From Octopus vulgaris (Eukaryota), in the NCBI GenBank assembly GCA_951406725.2, contig OX597815.1:112778001-112842000 (forward strand): a stretch of 64,000 bases of DNA, given 5' to 3'. Shown here piece after piece: positions 52,380-64,000 of the stretch (its first letter is position 1; each line of letters opens with the position of its first letter). A program made the translations under genes and the position numbers. Under the pieces are notes generated by a model. It saw nothing but the letters and a program-made list of their open reading frames with translations. It searched no databases and was not told the DNA's origin.

Positions 52380-53246
52380 TGGCACAAGGTCAGCAGTTTT
52401 TGAAGTGAGAAGCTAGTCGATTACATCAACCCGAGAACTTTACTGGTACTTTAAATTATCATTCCGAAAGGGAGGAAAGGCATAAGCGGCCTCGGCAGTA
52501 TTTGAACTATACACAAAAAGAGCCAGAAGAAATGCCGCTTAGCATTTTGTCCAACATAAATCTTGTCTACTCGAGGCACAATGCCCGAAATTTTTTGGGA
52601 GGGGACCAATCGATTAGATGGACCCCAGAACGCAAATGTTACTTAATTTACCGACCCCGAAATGTTGAAAGGCAAAGTCGACCTCGGTGGAATTTGAACA
52701 CAGAACGTAAAAACAAACGAAATACTTATTTCTTTACTACCCACAAGTGGCTAAACACAGAGAGGACAAACAAGGACACACAAACGGATTAAGTCGATTA
52801 CATCGACCCCAGTGCGTAACTGGTACTTAATTTATCGGCCCCGAAAGGATGAAAGGCAAAGTCGACCTCGGCGGAATTTGAACTCATAACGTAACGGCAG
52901 ACGAAATACGGCTACGCATTTCGCCCGGCGTGCTAACGTTTCTGCCAGCTCGCCGCCTTTGTCCAGCATGGATTTTGCCACCTCACTGCCTTCGACGTTC
53001 TAATATTGATTTCAAATTAAGGTGGTGAGCTGGCAGAATCTTTAGCACGCCGGGCGAAATGTTTAGCAGTGTTTCGTCTGTCTTAATGTTCTGAGTTCAA
53101 ATTCCGCCATGGTCGGCTTTGCCTTACATCCTTTCGGAGTCAATAAATTAAGTACCAGTTGCGTACTGAAGTCGATCTAATCGACTGATCCCTTCCCCCA
53201 AAATTCGGGCCTTGTGCCTAGAGTAGAAAAGAATATTGATTTCAAA
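52380..53246. mobile_element. Nested cluster of four SINE family 1 copies
   Basis: An old minus-strand copy is split by two minus-strand copies (52570-52725, 52728-52959) with tttgtcca repeated at both junctions. A plus-strand copy at 53019-53231 is flanked by the 15-bp TSD aatattgatttcaaa (53002-53016, 53232-53246). Confidence 0.88.
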
Positions 53247-53782
53247 GTTTCGCACAAAGCCCGTAATTTCGGGGAGGCGCCGATATGCGTCTGCAGCTGT
53301 AAAGTCTGATACACGTTTACCCAATATAGAGTTCTCTTTAGAACAGTATGTTGTGACTTAAAGAATATATAGCTGCTATTTTAGCAAGTCAAGCGAAGAA
53401 TGAAGCATCGTTGGCTTGGGTAATATTTGTCTGTTGTTATTTAACCACAAATCATCTTTAATTGATCTTTGATCAGAGAAATTCTAGCTATGTCTTTTTA
53501 GATTTAGTATATCTGACTACATTATTGAGCATGTTTTCTAAGAAGGTATGAGTAATTTAGGGGAGATTTGGCCTCTATTTCTAGCGGATAAAACGATTGC
53601 GTAGAGACTCCTTCACTGCATGGGTTAACATTTGGTATGATGTTACTCATAACACTACCTCGATCCTCAATAAGTAGAAATGTTGACGTTACGCTAAAAG
53701 TACAAAATCGGACGATGTCAAATTTATTCTTTATCATTTTAATCAACTACTGGTGTCAGTTTAATATTCTTAGAAAATATAT

Positions 53783-53941
53783 ATTCCTTTACTACCCACA
53801 AGGGGCTAAACACAGAGAGAACAAACAAGGACAGACAAACGGATTAAGTCGGTTACATCAACCCCAGTGCGTAACTGGTACTTAATTTATCGACCCCGAA
53901 ATGATGAAAGGCAAAGTCGACCTCGGCGGAATTTGAACTCA
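53783..53941 (-). mobile_element. 5'-truncated SINE family 1
   Basis: Near-identical to 52728-52886. Confidence 0.9.
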
Positions 53942-55493
53942 AAACATATAAATATCTTCGATGAAATGAACTATAATAGAAGACGAAGCCGTCTTAAGTT
54001 CAAATCTTACGAATGCTAAATTTACCTTTCAAACATCTGTAAATTGATAAAATGAAATATTTGTCAATTTTTTGTTCTTTTATTCTGCATTCTACTGCCC
54101 ACCTAACCATTTTCATACAGTTCTAGTAGCTTATCAGTTTTTTTGTGAAAAAATTTAGTTAGTCCCTCGTTCCTCTTCTCTACCTTTAGATATTCGGGAA
54201 CGCTGTGAGTGATCCCTCCACGAAACTCCCAATGGTGTAGAGTAATCGATTCTGAAAGAAAAAAATGGGAAAGAAATAAAGATTAGATTGAACCTAATAA
54301 ATATATATTGGTATTTAAACCCACTCTTCTCGTGGTTTTATCATGGACTACTTCGAAGAAGAATCCGCCCTAACACTGGTGACATTATTCGACTCTATAA
54401 AAGACATAAAGCGCCGTTTGAACTCAAAGCGCAGGGATCTGAATCAAATACACTACGTTCTCTCCGATAGCCTAACGACTCAGCCAGCCTGCCGCCTTGC
54501 GCTTGTCGATATAATCGACAATTACTCTCACAGCAAATATTGTGGCTTTATGCCGAAGTTAGAAATCAATATTACTGTACTTTTCTGGATGTTATATCTC
54601 AGTATGTTGCTTGTTTTGTAAAATGTTTGTCCGCTTTATGCTTCTTCTTTGACACTTGTTGAAAGAATATTCATCCTTCCCAAAATGTTACTTACATCGC
54701 AGTTATAATATGTTAGTATTTGATATCATTCCATACTCTACTATAATGCTGCTGTGGAAGTAGCATTTCTTACTTGCACTATCTTAAATATTCTGCGATT
54801 ATTGTGCATATTGTTTGAACTATTAACTGCTTATGTTTTGTTTTTTGTTTGGGCCTTTTTGTAACATTCTTTGTTGTTTTTGTTCATGTTTGTTTACATT
54901 TGTTTTTGCTTCTCAAGAGTTTATGAAACCTGATTGATGTGATGTAAGCATTCGAAAGATTAATAGGAAAACTTCGCCAAGTAAAATCGCTACTTATGTC
55001 GATATTTATTTCATTCTGTAAACATTCTTGTGCAATTACCGTGCAGTCTTTCATTGAATAATTCACTAGAAAGAAGGCAAATATAGCTTATACAAATAAT
55101 AAGATGCTTCATGTAGCAAAGAATCATTTTCTTCGTGGAAGGTTTTTGGCGATGTTTTCATTCTGTTTATTATTTGTCTTTGTTGTTTTAATCACATTAC
55201 TGACTTTGAGTAAATAATGCAAATGCATATTCACATACATACATTTACACACGCGCACACATGTACACACACAGCTACACACACGTACTCCCACACAGGC
55301 ATGCGCACGTACACACGCACATACAAACAGACACACACACACACACTCATAAATGTTTGTATATGTATATATGTATAAAACACGCCGAATTCATGTATTT
55401 ATCCGTGCATGTACATAAATTATAGGTATATATCTATATCTATATCTATCTATATATCTGTCTATCTATCTGTATCAATCTATCTATCTATCC

Positions 55494-55542
<49 letters not shown>

Positions 55543-55945
55543 CGTACATATATACATACGTACATACATACATACGTACATACGTTCATAGATTCACATT
55601 CTTATGCAGCCCACGCGCTCTCACACATACATATGTGGAGGCCGTATAGGTGTAAATTTGGTGCGTATATAAGGATACATATGTGTGCGTGTGTGTATAT
55701 ATATATATACATATATGTATATATATATATTTATATATATATATATATGTGTGTATATATGCATATTTATATGTGGCTGTGTGCATATGCGTAATAATTG
55801 TATATAATGTAAATATCTACTAGAATAACATATTTATGAAACTATATCAAGACAAAAATATACTTTTCACTGTATATTTGATTAGGACTGTTTCTTATTT
55901 ATACATGTATACATATGCGTGTGTGTGCTTGTGTAAATATATACA

Positions 55946-56005
<60 letters not shown>

Positions 56006-57619
56006 CATGTATGTATATATATGTATATATAGATAGATATAATTATATATACGTATATATATGTATATATATATATATATTCACACATGCATATATATAT
56101 ATGTGTGTGTGTGTTTGTGTGTGCGTGCACATGTGTGTATATATATGCATTTATGTGTGCATGAAGGTGTATATATATATATATATATATATGCATAACT
56201 AACTTTGCGTATATGTGTGAGCATGTGTACATGCTTTTGTCTGTCTGTTTATGTAAGGGTAAGATAAACATATGTTTAAAGATACGTAAATATATTCACG
56301 TGTAAAAAGAAAATATATGCGAGTGCCAGAATGTGTTTTGCGAGATGCCACAATAAAGATGAGTTAACAAAAAGAATGGTATATTACCTTCGTAAAAGCA
56401 TATCATGGAAACACGACCACCACTGTTCTTCTTGAAGTACTCAACTCCGCCACTAGCAATCACTCTAACTTCCTTATCTTTAGTTCATTCATTAATTTAT
56501 CTGAACTATTTTTCACATACTCTATTTCGTTCCTTAGATTGATTTCATAGAATAAAATAGAGCGAGGTTAAAACATCTATTTGATATTTAAATTTATAGT
56601 TTTTCTTAAAAACCAATAAAACAGTTATTTATGTGAAGGTTTATAAACAGATTTATTCGTCCAGTTCCTATTCTTTCTTTGTTTTTCTTCGTACTTCGAT
56701 GAAAATTACTGCTCCAGGTACGTACACAAACAAATACACACACATACACACATACACACTCACACTCACACACACACACACAAATACACACACACACAAA
56801 TACACACACAAACATACATCTCCGCACCTGATGAAACGTGTATAGCATAAAACGCTTATGAGTAACACAGAAAAGATAACTACGTAAACATGCACATACA
56901 CTGACACATAAAACAAATACACACACACACATACACATACACACATATATATATGTGTGTGTATGCATGTATATGTATCTTGTGTGTGTGTGTGTGTGTG
57001 TGTGTACGTGTGTGTGCTTGTGTTGAATTGATGTATACGTCGTTTTGATGTGTGTACAACATATGTGTGTAATAAAAGCAAACTGAGTAGAAGTTTAGTA
57101 CTTACCTTTAAAGAAGTTAATTAATAACACTGCGCGCGCGCGTATGTGTTAGTGTGTGTGCATGTGTGTGGGGGGGTGGACACATATAACATCTATCTTT
57201 CGCAAGACAAGCCAATAAAGCTCTTCGTTCGCACCATCACTGCATTTCGCTTCCACACTCCCACGTTTAAATTTTACCTTGAGCAACTTCAAAGTCTTTA
57301 GATAAGAGAATTCTTTTCCAGTTGTAGCACGTAATTTATTTATAAATGCTATAATTGTTCTTCTATCTCTATCTCTCTCTTACTCTCGCCTCTCTCTCTC
57401 TCTCTATCTATCTTTCTCTCTCTCTATCTCACCATCTCTATCTCTCTCGCTGTCTTTCTCTCTAAATGCAATTAGAGTTAAATTTCTTACACTTCCTGTC
57501 TGTCCAGCATACTGTCTCCATGTTTGTTTTGATAACTTTCTCGAGATTTCTGATATTTTTCTTTTATTCTAACAGAATATTTCTTGTATAAAGAAATAAG
57601 ATGAGAATTGAATGCCAGT

Positions 57620-57760
57620 GTATCAGTTAGGGAACTATATACACACCAACATTTTGGACATCAATACGTTTAATCCCAATCCAACTCTGGCTAATGCAGA
57701 CAGCTGCTGAATTTGTACATGTTTGTACATACTCTTTCTTACAAACCAACAAAGAAACTC
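57620..57760 (-). pseudogene. Possible LINE APE endonuclease fragment
   Basis: Minus strand WFVRKSMYKHVQIQQLSALARVGL..KMLVCI*FP loosely fits GF.V.K....F..IS.RLA......VYAP. Confidence 0.3.
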
Positions 57761-58244
57761 CTTCACGAGTTTTTTTCTTCTTTTTTTAACCTTTTGATAA
57801 GAGTTCATGTTTCTTGTAAGTATAGGAACTAAAAGCGAGAAGGACACGATTTCTACCTTCGCATTTCATTTTATAATGGTCTATGATAATTCTACTGAAA
57901 ACACAATCACTTTTATGGAGATGCGGTAGCATTGCTTCTCACTGTTACATTCTTATATCCTTGTACTTATTTCAGTCACTGAACTTTAGCCGTGTCTTGA
58001 AGGTTTTCACTTATCAAATCTATCTCCATACCTTTTTTTTTCCATTTGCCAGTTTAATACGTCTGCTGTCTAGTGCCTAATCTAACGCAATCCTTTTTTT
58101 TACACCCATTTAAAAAAATTTATTTCAAGTTTTGTACGTCTTCTATTCTCCAACAGCACTTATTCTTCATCTTTTTTTTTCTTGCAAATTTAGTATCTCT
58201 TCTACTGTTACCATTTCGCCAAGCGCTAGGTTACGGGAGCGTAT

Positions 58245-58443
58245 GCAAATCAGCACAGGCTGTTCATCGGTGGTGGGGACAAAGACAGGCACAGGCATAT
58301 AGTCTTTGTGTGTATGTCGTTCGTATGCATACATACATGCATGTATGTATGTATCTTTGTATGCATACGACGTACACACAGAGACGTATATGCATGTGTT
58401 TGTGTTTGTTCCCACCATCGATTAACAACCTGTGCTGATTTGC
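58245..58443. repeat. Imperfect foldback palindrome of a SINE family 3 mid-section
   Basis: Outer gcaaatcagcacagg / cctgtgctgatttgc is a perfect 15-bp match. Inner arms mirror around a (CATA)/(TATG) centre. Confidence 0.75.
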
Positions 58444-58479
58444 TTGAGTGTCAATCTTAGGATAGTGCATGTACTGAGA

Positions 58480-59087
58480 GTGATAAAAGTCAAACATCCA
58501 GTCAACATCATAGTGTTTGGAACCATTATTAGTGGTGGTGACGGTATGCCTCTATTCATCTTCCCACACGGCCTCAAACTCAAAACGGAAGCCTATATCA
58601 AGTGCCTGGATGAGGTAGTCCTGCCTTGGGTCAAAAGGGTGCCTGCTGGAAAACCCTATATCTAGCACAAAAGGACTCTGCATCATGCTACACAAGGAGG
58701 AGAACCCAGTCATGGCTGTCAGGCAATTTCTGCGACCATATCACTTCTAACATCTGGCCACCTAACTCCCCAGAGTGCAACCCCGTTGAATATTATGTAT
58801 GGAGCGCAGTTGAGCGAGAGACCAACAAAACTCCTTGTGACACAAAAGATGAAATGATGGCAAGGATTATGGGAGCATTCACCAACTTAAACAAGGAGAT
58901 CGTTCAGGAGAGTTGCAGGAGATTCCGAAGTCGTCTAGAGGCCATGGTTGAAGCCAATGGCGATTTTATTGAAGAAATTTACTCTTTAGTATTTCAAAAA
59001 AATTTTTTTATGTAATTTTAGTACATATATCTGTTAAAATGAGGTGTCTGTAATTTTCATTTTTGACGACAGTTTATTCACCGCACG

Positions 59088-59091
<4 letters not shown>
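58480..59091 (+). mobile_element. Tc1/mariner-superfamily transposase 3' remnant with right TIR
   Basis: KDSASCYT..WPPNSPECNPVEYYVWSAVERETNK..RFRSRLEAMVEANGDFIE; ends gacagtttattcaccgcacgctg|TA. Confidence 0.85.
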
Positions 59092-59144
<53 letters not shown>

Positions 59145-62100
59145 AGATTCACTAACTATTGGTCAACCTGGTGTATATTGGAAGATACTTGTCCATGGAT
59201 GTTGCATAATAGGACTGAATTCAAAACTACGTGGTTGCGTAGTGAACTTCTAGATCATATGACCACGTTTGCACTTATACGTTACTTATCAGTTTTATGA
59301 ATTTTCGGTCTACTTATACGTCTTTAGAACTATTTATGGATTAATTGATATGTTGACATTTGCTTCATTTGTACGACAGACCAAGTTGAAGCTGTGATAA
59401 TGAGCGGGATTTCGGGAGAACATCTCGAAACTAAGAGCAAAAAGTATAACATTTGAGTTGATGTTTCGTACTTGAAAAGACAAACTCTTCTCTTGTATGG
59501 ACTGGCTCATTACGGAAGATCACTGATCTTTCGGTAATATTTCCTATATATCTGGAAAATAAAAGAAGCCTCACACAATTGGAGGAAGCTTAGGTAAGAC
59601 CAGGGCGCAGGAGATGATGCTGTGAAAGGATGCCATGAAACCTCTGCGCAGGAGATGATAAAAGCTATGCCATGAAAGAATGCCATGAAACAATTGAGTC
59701 TTGTGTTCCTGTGTATTAGCACTGTGTACCAAAGAATTAAAGAGATATGTCAGGTTATATCAAATCAGGCTGTCAGCGAGATTAAAAATTTGTTCATTTA
59801 TTTCTGACAGCTTAAATTGTTGTCAGTGTGATTAAAACAGTTCCAGTAAAATCTGCATGCAGCTCGATTACTCAACTGTGTTTCGAACACCCATAATTTG
59901 TACTTAAATACTATGCTCATGAGAAGAACGTCAGGGAAGAATTTTTTTTATTCTGTCATCCACTCAGAACTACACCCATAATAGGTGTTCGTTATGATTT
60001 TATATCAAAAGGTCAGTGTGGGATTTGATTGGGACTGTTTCTATGGCTCCTGCCATAATTCGCAAAACTTCTAAATTTATTTCACTGGTGAAATAGAAAG
60101 ATCTGCATGTGTTGACCACACACTTATCCAACATCACCAGCCTTGGAATTTAAAACAATGGTGATGAAACTTTAAAAAGTGATGAGAATAAGTGTCGTGC
60201 AAACAGTCAACATTACTTATAGATATGCAGTGAGCCATCCGCTAAAACAAGAGTTCTGTAATGAGACTGAAAAAAAATCATTATGTTTTAATAAACCACA
60301 AAGAGGTATAATCACTAAGTACGATCACATGTTTACGCAGATGTAGTAGAACTTCAGTTTCAAATCCTCGAATTGCTCAAGCATCAGCAACCCACCTTCA
60401 TAAATCAATTTAAAGATCAGCATTTTATTGCTAGCCTGTTCGACCGATAACTTCTGTTTTCATAATGATTTGTGCATTCCAATATAGGGAGAAGCTATGG
60501 ACGTTATTCAAGCTAAAAGAAAGCTTTTGATAGTTAGCAATTTGGAGTCGTGTTGAAAGCGGAAATTTATCGAACCTTCCAATTCTTGACGATATCATTA
60601 GGGAATATAGCATGTGAAAATACGTCAGGAAATGGAAATCACTTGGAAATCCAAAACTGAGATCTTAACATTGATTCGTTTGGATCCAAATCCCTTTCTC
60701 GATTGATATTGCAACTGTGAGTGCAATAATCCAGTAAATTTTGCTTTAAATGACTTCTGCACAAAGTTAAGAAAGAAAGCCTGATTTCGGAAGTTTAGCC
60801 AGGCAGATTTTGTATTAACAGACGACAGCTTACACAAGCTTGGCTGTGAGTGCAATTAATATTTCGATTCTCTTCACAATTACTTAAGCTTGTGAAACAA
60901 GATTTTCTGTATTATTGAGCCCAAAATCAACGATGAAGAATTTATTTGTAGAGTCATTTGAAACGTGGTTAACATTATCGGTAATTTTAACCCAATTTTA
61001 AATTCTTACTACGCATAAAAAATCGCAAAAAATCACTGAATAAGTGAAAGTCAGTGTTATAACGCAGGCGAGATATAAAGTACATTACAAGTTTTAGATT
61101 TTTGCAATGAAACTCAGCTGTAATAAATAAATCAACTGATTTATCATCTGAAACAGGTGAAAGGATATAACGTTGTAAATTAGATGTAGCTAGCTTGTAC
61201 ATGACGTATGTCGATTTTCTAGGAAAATATATCATAAAGTTATTTTTCATTTTTTCAACTATTCTTTTCTGGATATCATATAACGTAAAACCAAACCATC
61301 GATATGTTTTGAAGTTACATGAGTGATGATGAAGACGACAACGTGGATATGGGGTTATTTTAGGTATTCTTTTTGGTTATGTGGTGATTTAGAATTGTAA
61401 AAATGTTATGAGACGCTGCTCTGTGCAGTCGATCGACATATAACAGTCAAATGCTCACAAATCACACTCAACCTTCTTAAAGCGAGGAAATTTACATTCG
61501 ATAATAAAGTTCCTAACGAGATTGTATATGGAAGAAGATGGAATGGACACAAGTGAATCGTATTTGCTTATAGGTGAGGTGGATCAGTGTCGAGCTGGGG
61601 CTAAATTCTTACAATAAAGGTATAGAAAATTCCGTCCAAATGCAGACTAAAATCAGTTGAGACAATTGAAACCTTTTGGTTTCGCTTTATACACAATATT
61701 ATTCTAATCTGTATATTTTCCCTTCTACTATAGAACGGTTGTATTTAAGAAAAAATTTGACTGCTATTTCTTGAATGTCGTCGAGTAACTGTGTAGAGGC
61801 TTCTTCGTTAGTTCAGTCACGCCATACCCAATGTCGCAAAAACAAATTATATGACACAATACAAATGCCCTTATAAGAAGTTTCTCGAACATAAAAAAAA
61901 AGCAATAGCACAAACGAAAAGTACGAACTTTCAATGTGAGCAAGATGTTTACTCTTTCTTCCCATTAGACACCCAAACTTCATTTGGGAAATCTAAAATG
62001 CCAAAAGCCTCAGTCAGACAAAATAACAATGCATCTGAAATATCTGCGGTCTGAAGGAATCCCTGCACTCACTGATATCAACACTTAGTAGTGCCAACAT

Positions 62101-62843
62101 TGTTAATACTCAGAATCAATTACAGCAATGCTAAAACCTACAACAAGTAGTATCTTTCAGACTCATTATCTTCCTATACACATTCTAAAATGTTCTAGAC
62201 ACCCTAATCTTTGACATCGCTAACCCTCACATCCACACATACCCCTCCCCAAATCCCAATACCGATTCAGGTCATTTCATTCACGACCAAACCCTCCATA
62301 TTCTTAACACAGAACGCACAATATTTACTTCAACAAGCAAAAGTCTCCCACCTGAAACATTTTAACTACCATCGACATTAGCAATGCTCTTACTCTAGTC
62401 TCACTCTAGAAACACATATAAATACAAAATACTCACCTCGAAATGCTAGCACACAAACAACTTGTTGCATAGCCAAGTCTGTATCATGTACAAGTAAAAC
62501 AATTTGGGAAGCTGTAATTTCCAGAATGCAGTACATACACAGGTCAGTCTCCTTCCCATACTTTCTAGCTCAACATTTACATGATCTGTTCTTGAGTAGC
62601 AGTAAACATTTCATGTTGTGAGCACAAGACTGAAGAGAAGATTTATGCGAACATTCCACTCATCTCAGCTATTGTCGCTCAAGGCATGACAGGCTATATC
62701 GGCCACAGTTGTACTGAAAAACAAGTCATATCTGATAGTTTTTAGATGACTCGTGCACTCTGATAAAAGACTATATTGAGGTTTTTAGCAGATATATACA
62801 ATAGCTGATATATACAGCATGAAATTTAGGAACTAGCTATGTG

Positions 62844-64000
62844 CAGGCGTTGGACAAAATAATGGAAATACCTCGCAACATAGCATCATAATTTTGAAAT
62901 ATCTGTAAAGCCATCAAAAGCTTGTTCATTTTATGCTTTTTATTTATTACTAGTGTAGCTTAATAAATTTTGCTAAAATTGCTGTTTCTTTTCACGTATC
63001 ATCAGAAAGAGGTAATTAAAATTCATTAAAATGACGGATCTATCAGACTTTCAAAGAGGTCAAATTGTTTGTGCTTGTATGGCAGGCGCTAACCTAACGA
63101 AAACAGCCAAAATGTTTGGTGTATCAAGAAGTACTGTCTCGAAAGTAATGACAGCCTTTGAGAAAGACGGAATAACCTTCTCGTCGAAACAAAACCCCGG
63201 AAGAAAACTAAAATTTGCAGATAGGGACCGTCGGAGTCGTACGCGAATTGTTAGAAAGGATCAAAAACGTACAGCTCCCAAAAGTACTGCAGATCTTAAT
63301 GACTACCTCATGAACCCAGTTTCCACAAAAACTGTTTGTCGGGAGCTGCACAAAGCCAAATTTCATGGGGGGGATGCAATCAGAAAACTACTACCTTTAA
63401 AAACAAACGTCGCAAAGTGTTTAGAGTGGAGTAAAACCTAAAAAATTGGTCACAAGAGCATTGGAAGAATGTTATTTTCTTGGACGAGTCATCCTTTACC
63501 GTATTTCCGACCACCGGCCGAGTATACGTGTGCGGACAGCCAAAAGAAGCATTTGACTCAGATTGACTTCTAGCTGTTAAACATGGAGGATGATCTGTGA
63601 TGATCGGCGGAGAGGGTTTGCTATATCTTGGAAATCTGCCGGTCCAATGGTTTCCCTTAATGGCAGAATTAATAGTTAAGACTATTTAAGTATTTTATCT
63701 GATCAAATTCATCCTATGGTTGCCAAAGTATTTCCGGAAAGAAACATAATCTTTCGGGATGATAATGCACCAATTCACACAGCTAAATTTGTTACTGAAT
63801 GGCACATTCTAGTGAAATTGAACATGTTTTCTGGCCACCACAGTCCCCAGATCTCAATATTATTGAACATTTATAGTGCATTTTAGAAAAACAAGTAAGG
63901 AGTTGATATCCAGCACCATCATCACTTCAAGAACTGAAGACTGTCTTAGGTGAAGAATGAAGAAAAGTTCCATTGGAAACAATTCAAACTTTGTACGAGT
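62844..64000 (+). mobile_element. Tc1-family transposon, decayed transposase, running off the window
   Basis: Left TIR caggcgttggacaaaataatggaaa. ORF 63031 MTDLSDFQRGQIV..FGVSRSTVSKV (HTH), then WKNVIFLDESSFT, FRDDNAPIHTAK and WPPQSPDLNIIEHL with stops and frameshifts. Confidence 0.92.

Noticed and set aside
54343-54621. 92-aa ORF as a host exon
   Set aside because: No recognisable domain, and it overlaps a decayed SINE-like tttgaactca segment.
59300-61250. Microsatellite-free stretch as a hAT transposase fossil (CVDHTL at ~60107)
   Set aside because: Only one short motif, with no supporting ordered motifs or TIRs found by eye; needs BLASTX.

Overview
AT-rich, microsatellite-dense eukaryotic DNA with no recognisable host exon, probably intronic or intergenic. 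The SINE families and repeat landscape resemble an octopod cephalopod genome (recalled similarity, not proven). The only long ORF (34583-36475) is the RT plus GIY-YIG part of a nearly intact, 5'-truncated Penelope-like element (PLE, Neptune-type) at about 33547-37170. Other content is three tRNA-derived SINE families, Tc1/mariner and pogo/Tigger fossils, a non-autonomous Helitron, R4-like, CRE-like and Tx1-like LINE fragments, and several foldback palindromes. The main signal is about 15 hammerhead ribozyme (HHR)-like motifs, mostly in short microsatellite-flanked inserts that look like PLE terminal repeats. They include two sequence-unrelated motifs with the same NON-circularly permuted strand order (5835-5897, 12951-13016), a G3-C8 compensated minimal HHR duplicated in a perfect palindrome with 141-bp arms (42539-42830), and several type I motifs with a long stem II. 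All pairings were read by eye; no folding or database search was run, and element boundaries are approximate. Most short ORFs in the supplied track are microsatellite artefacts.
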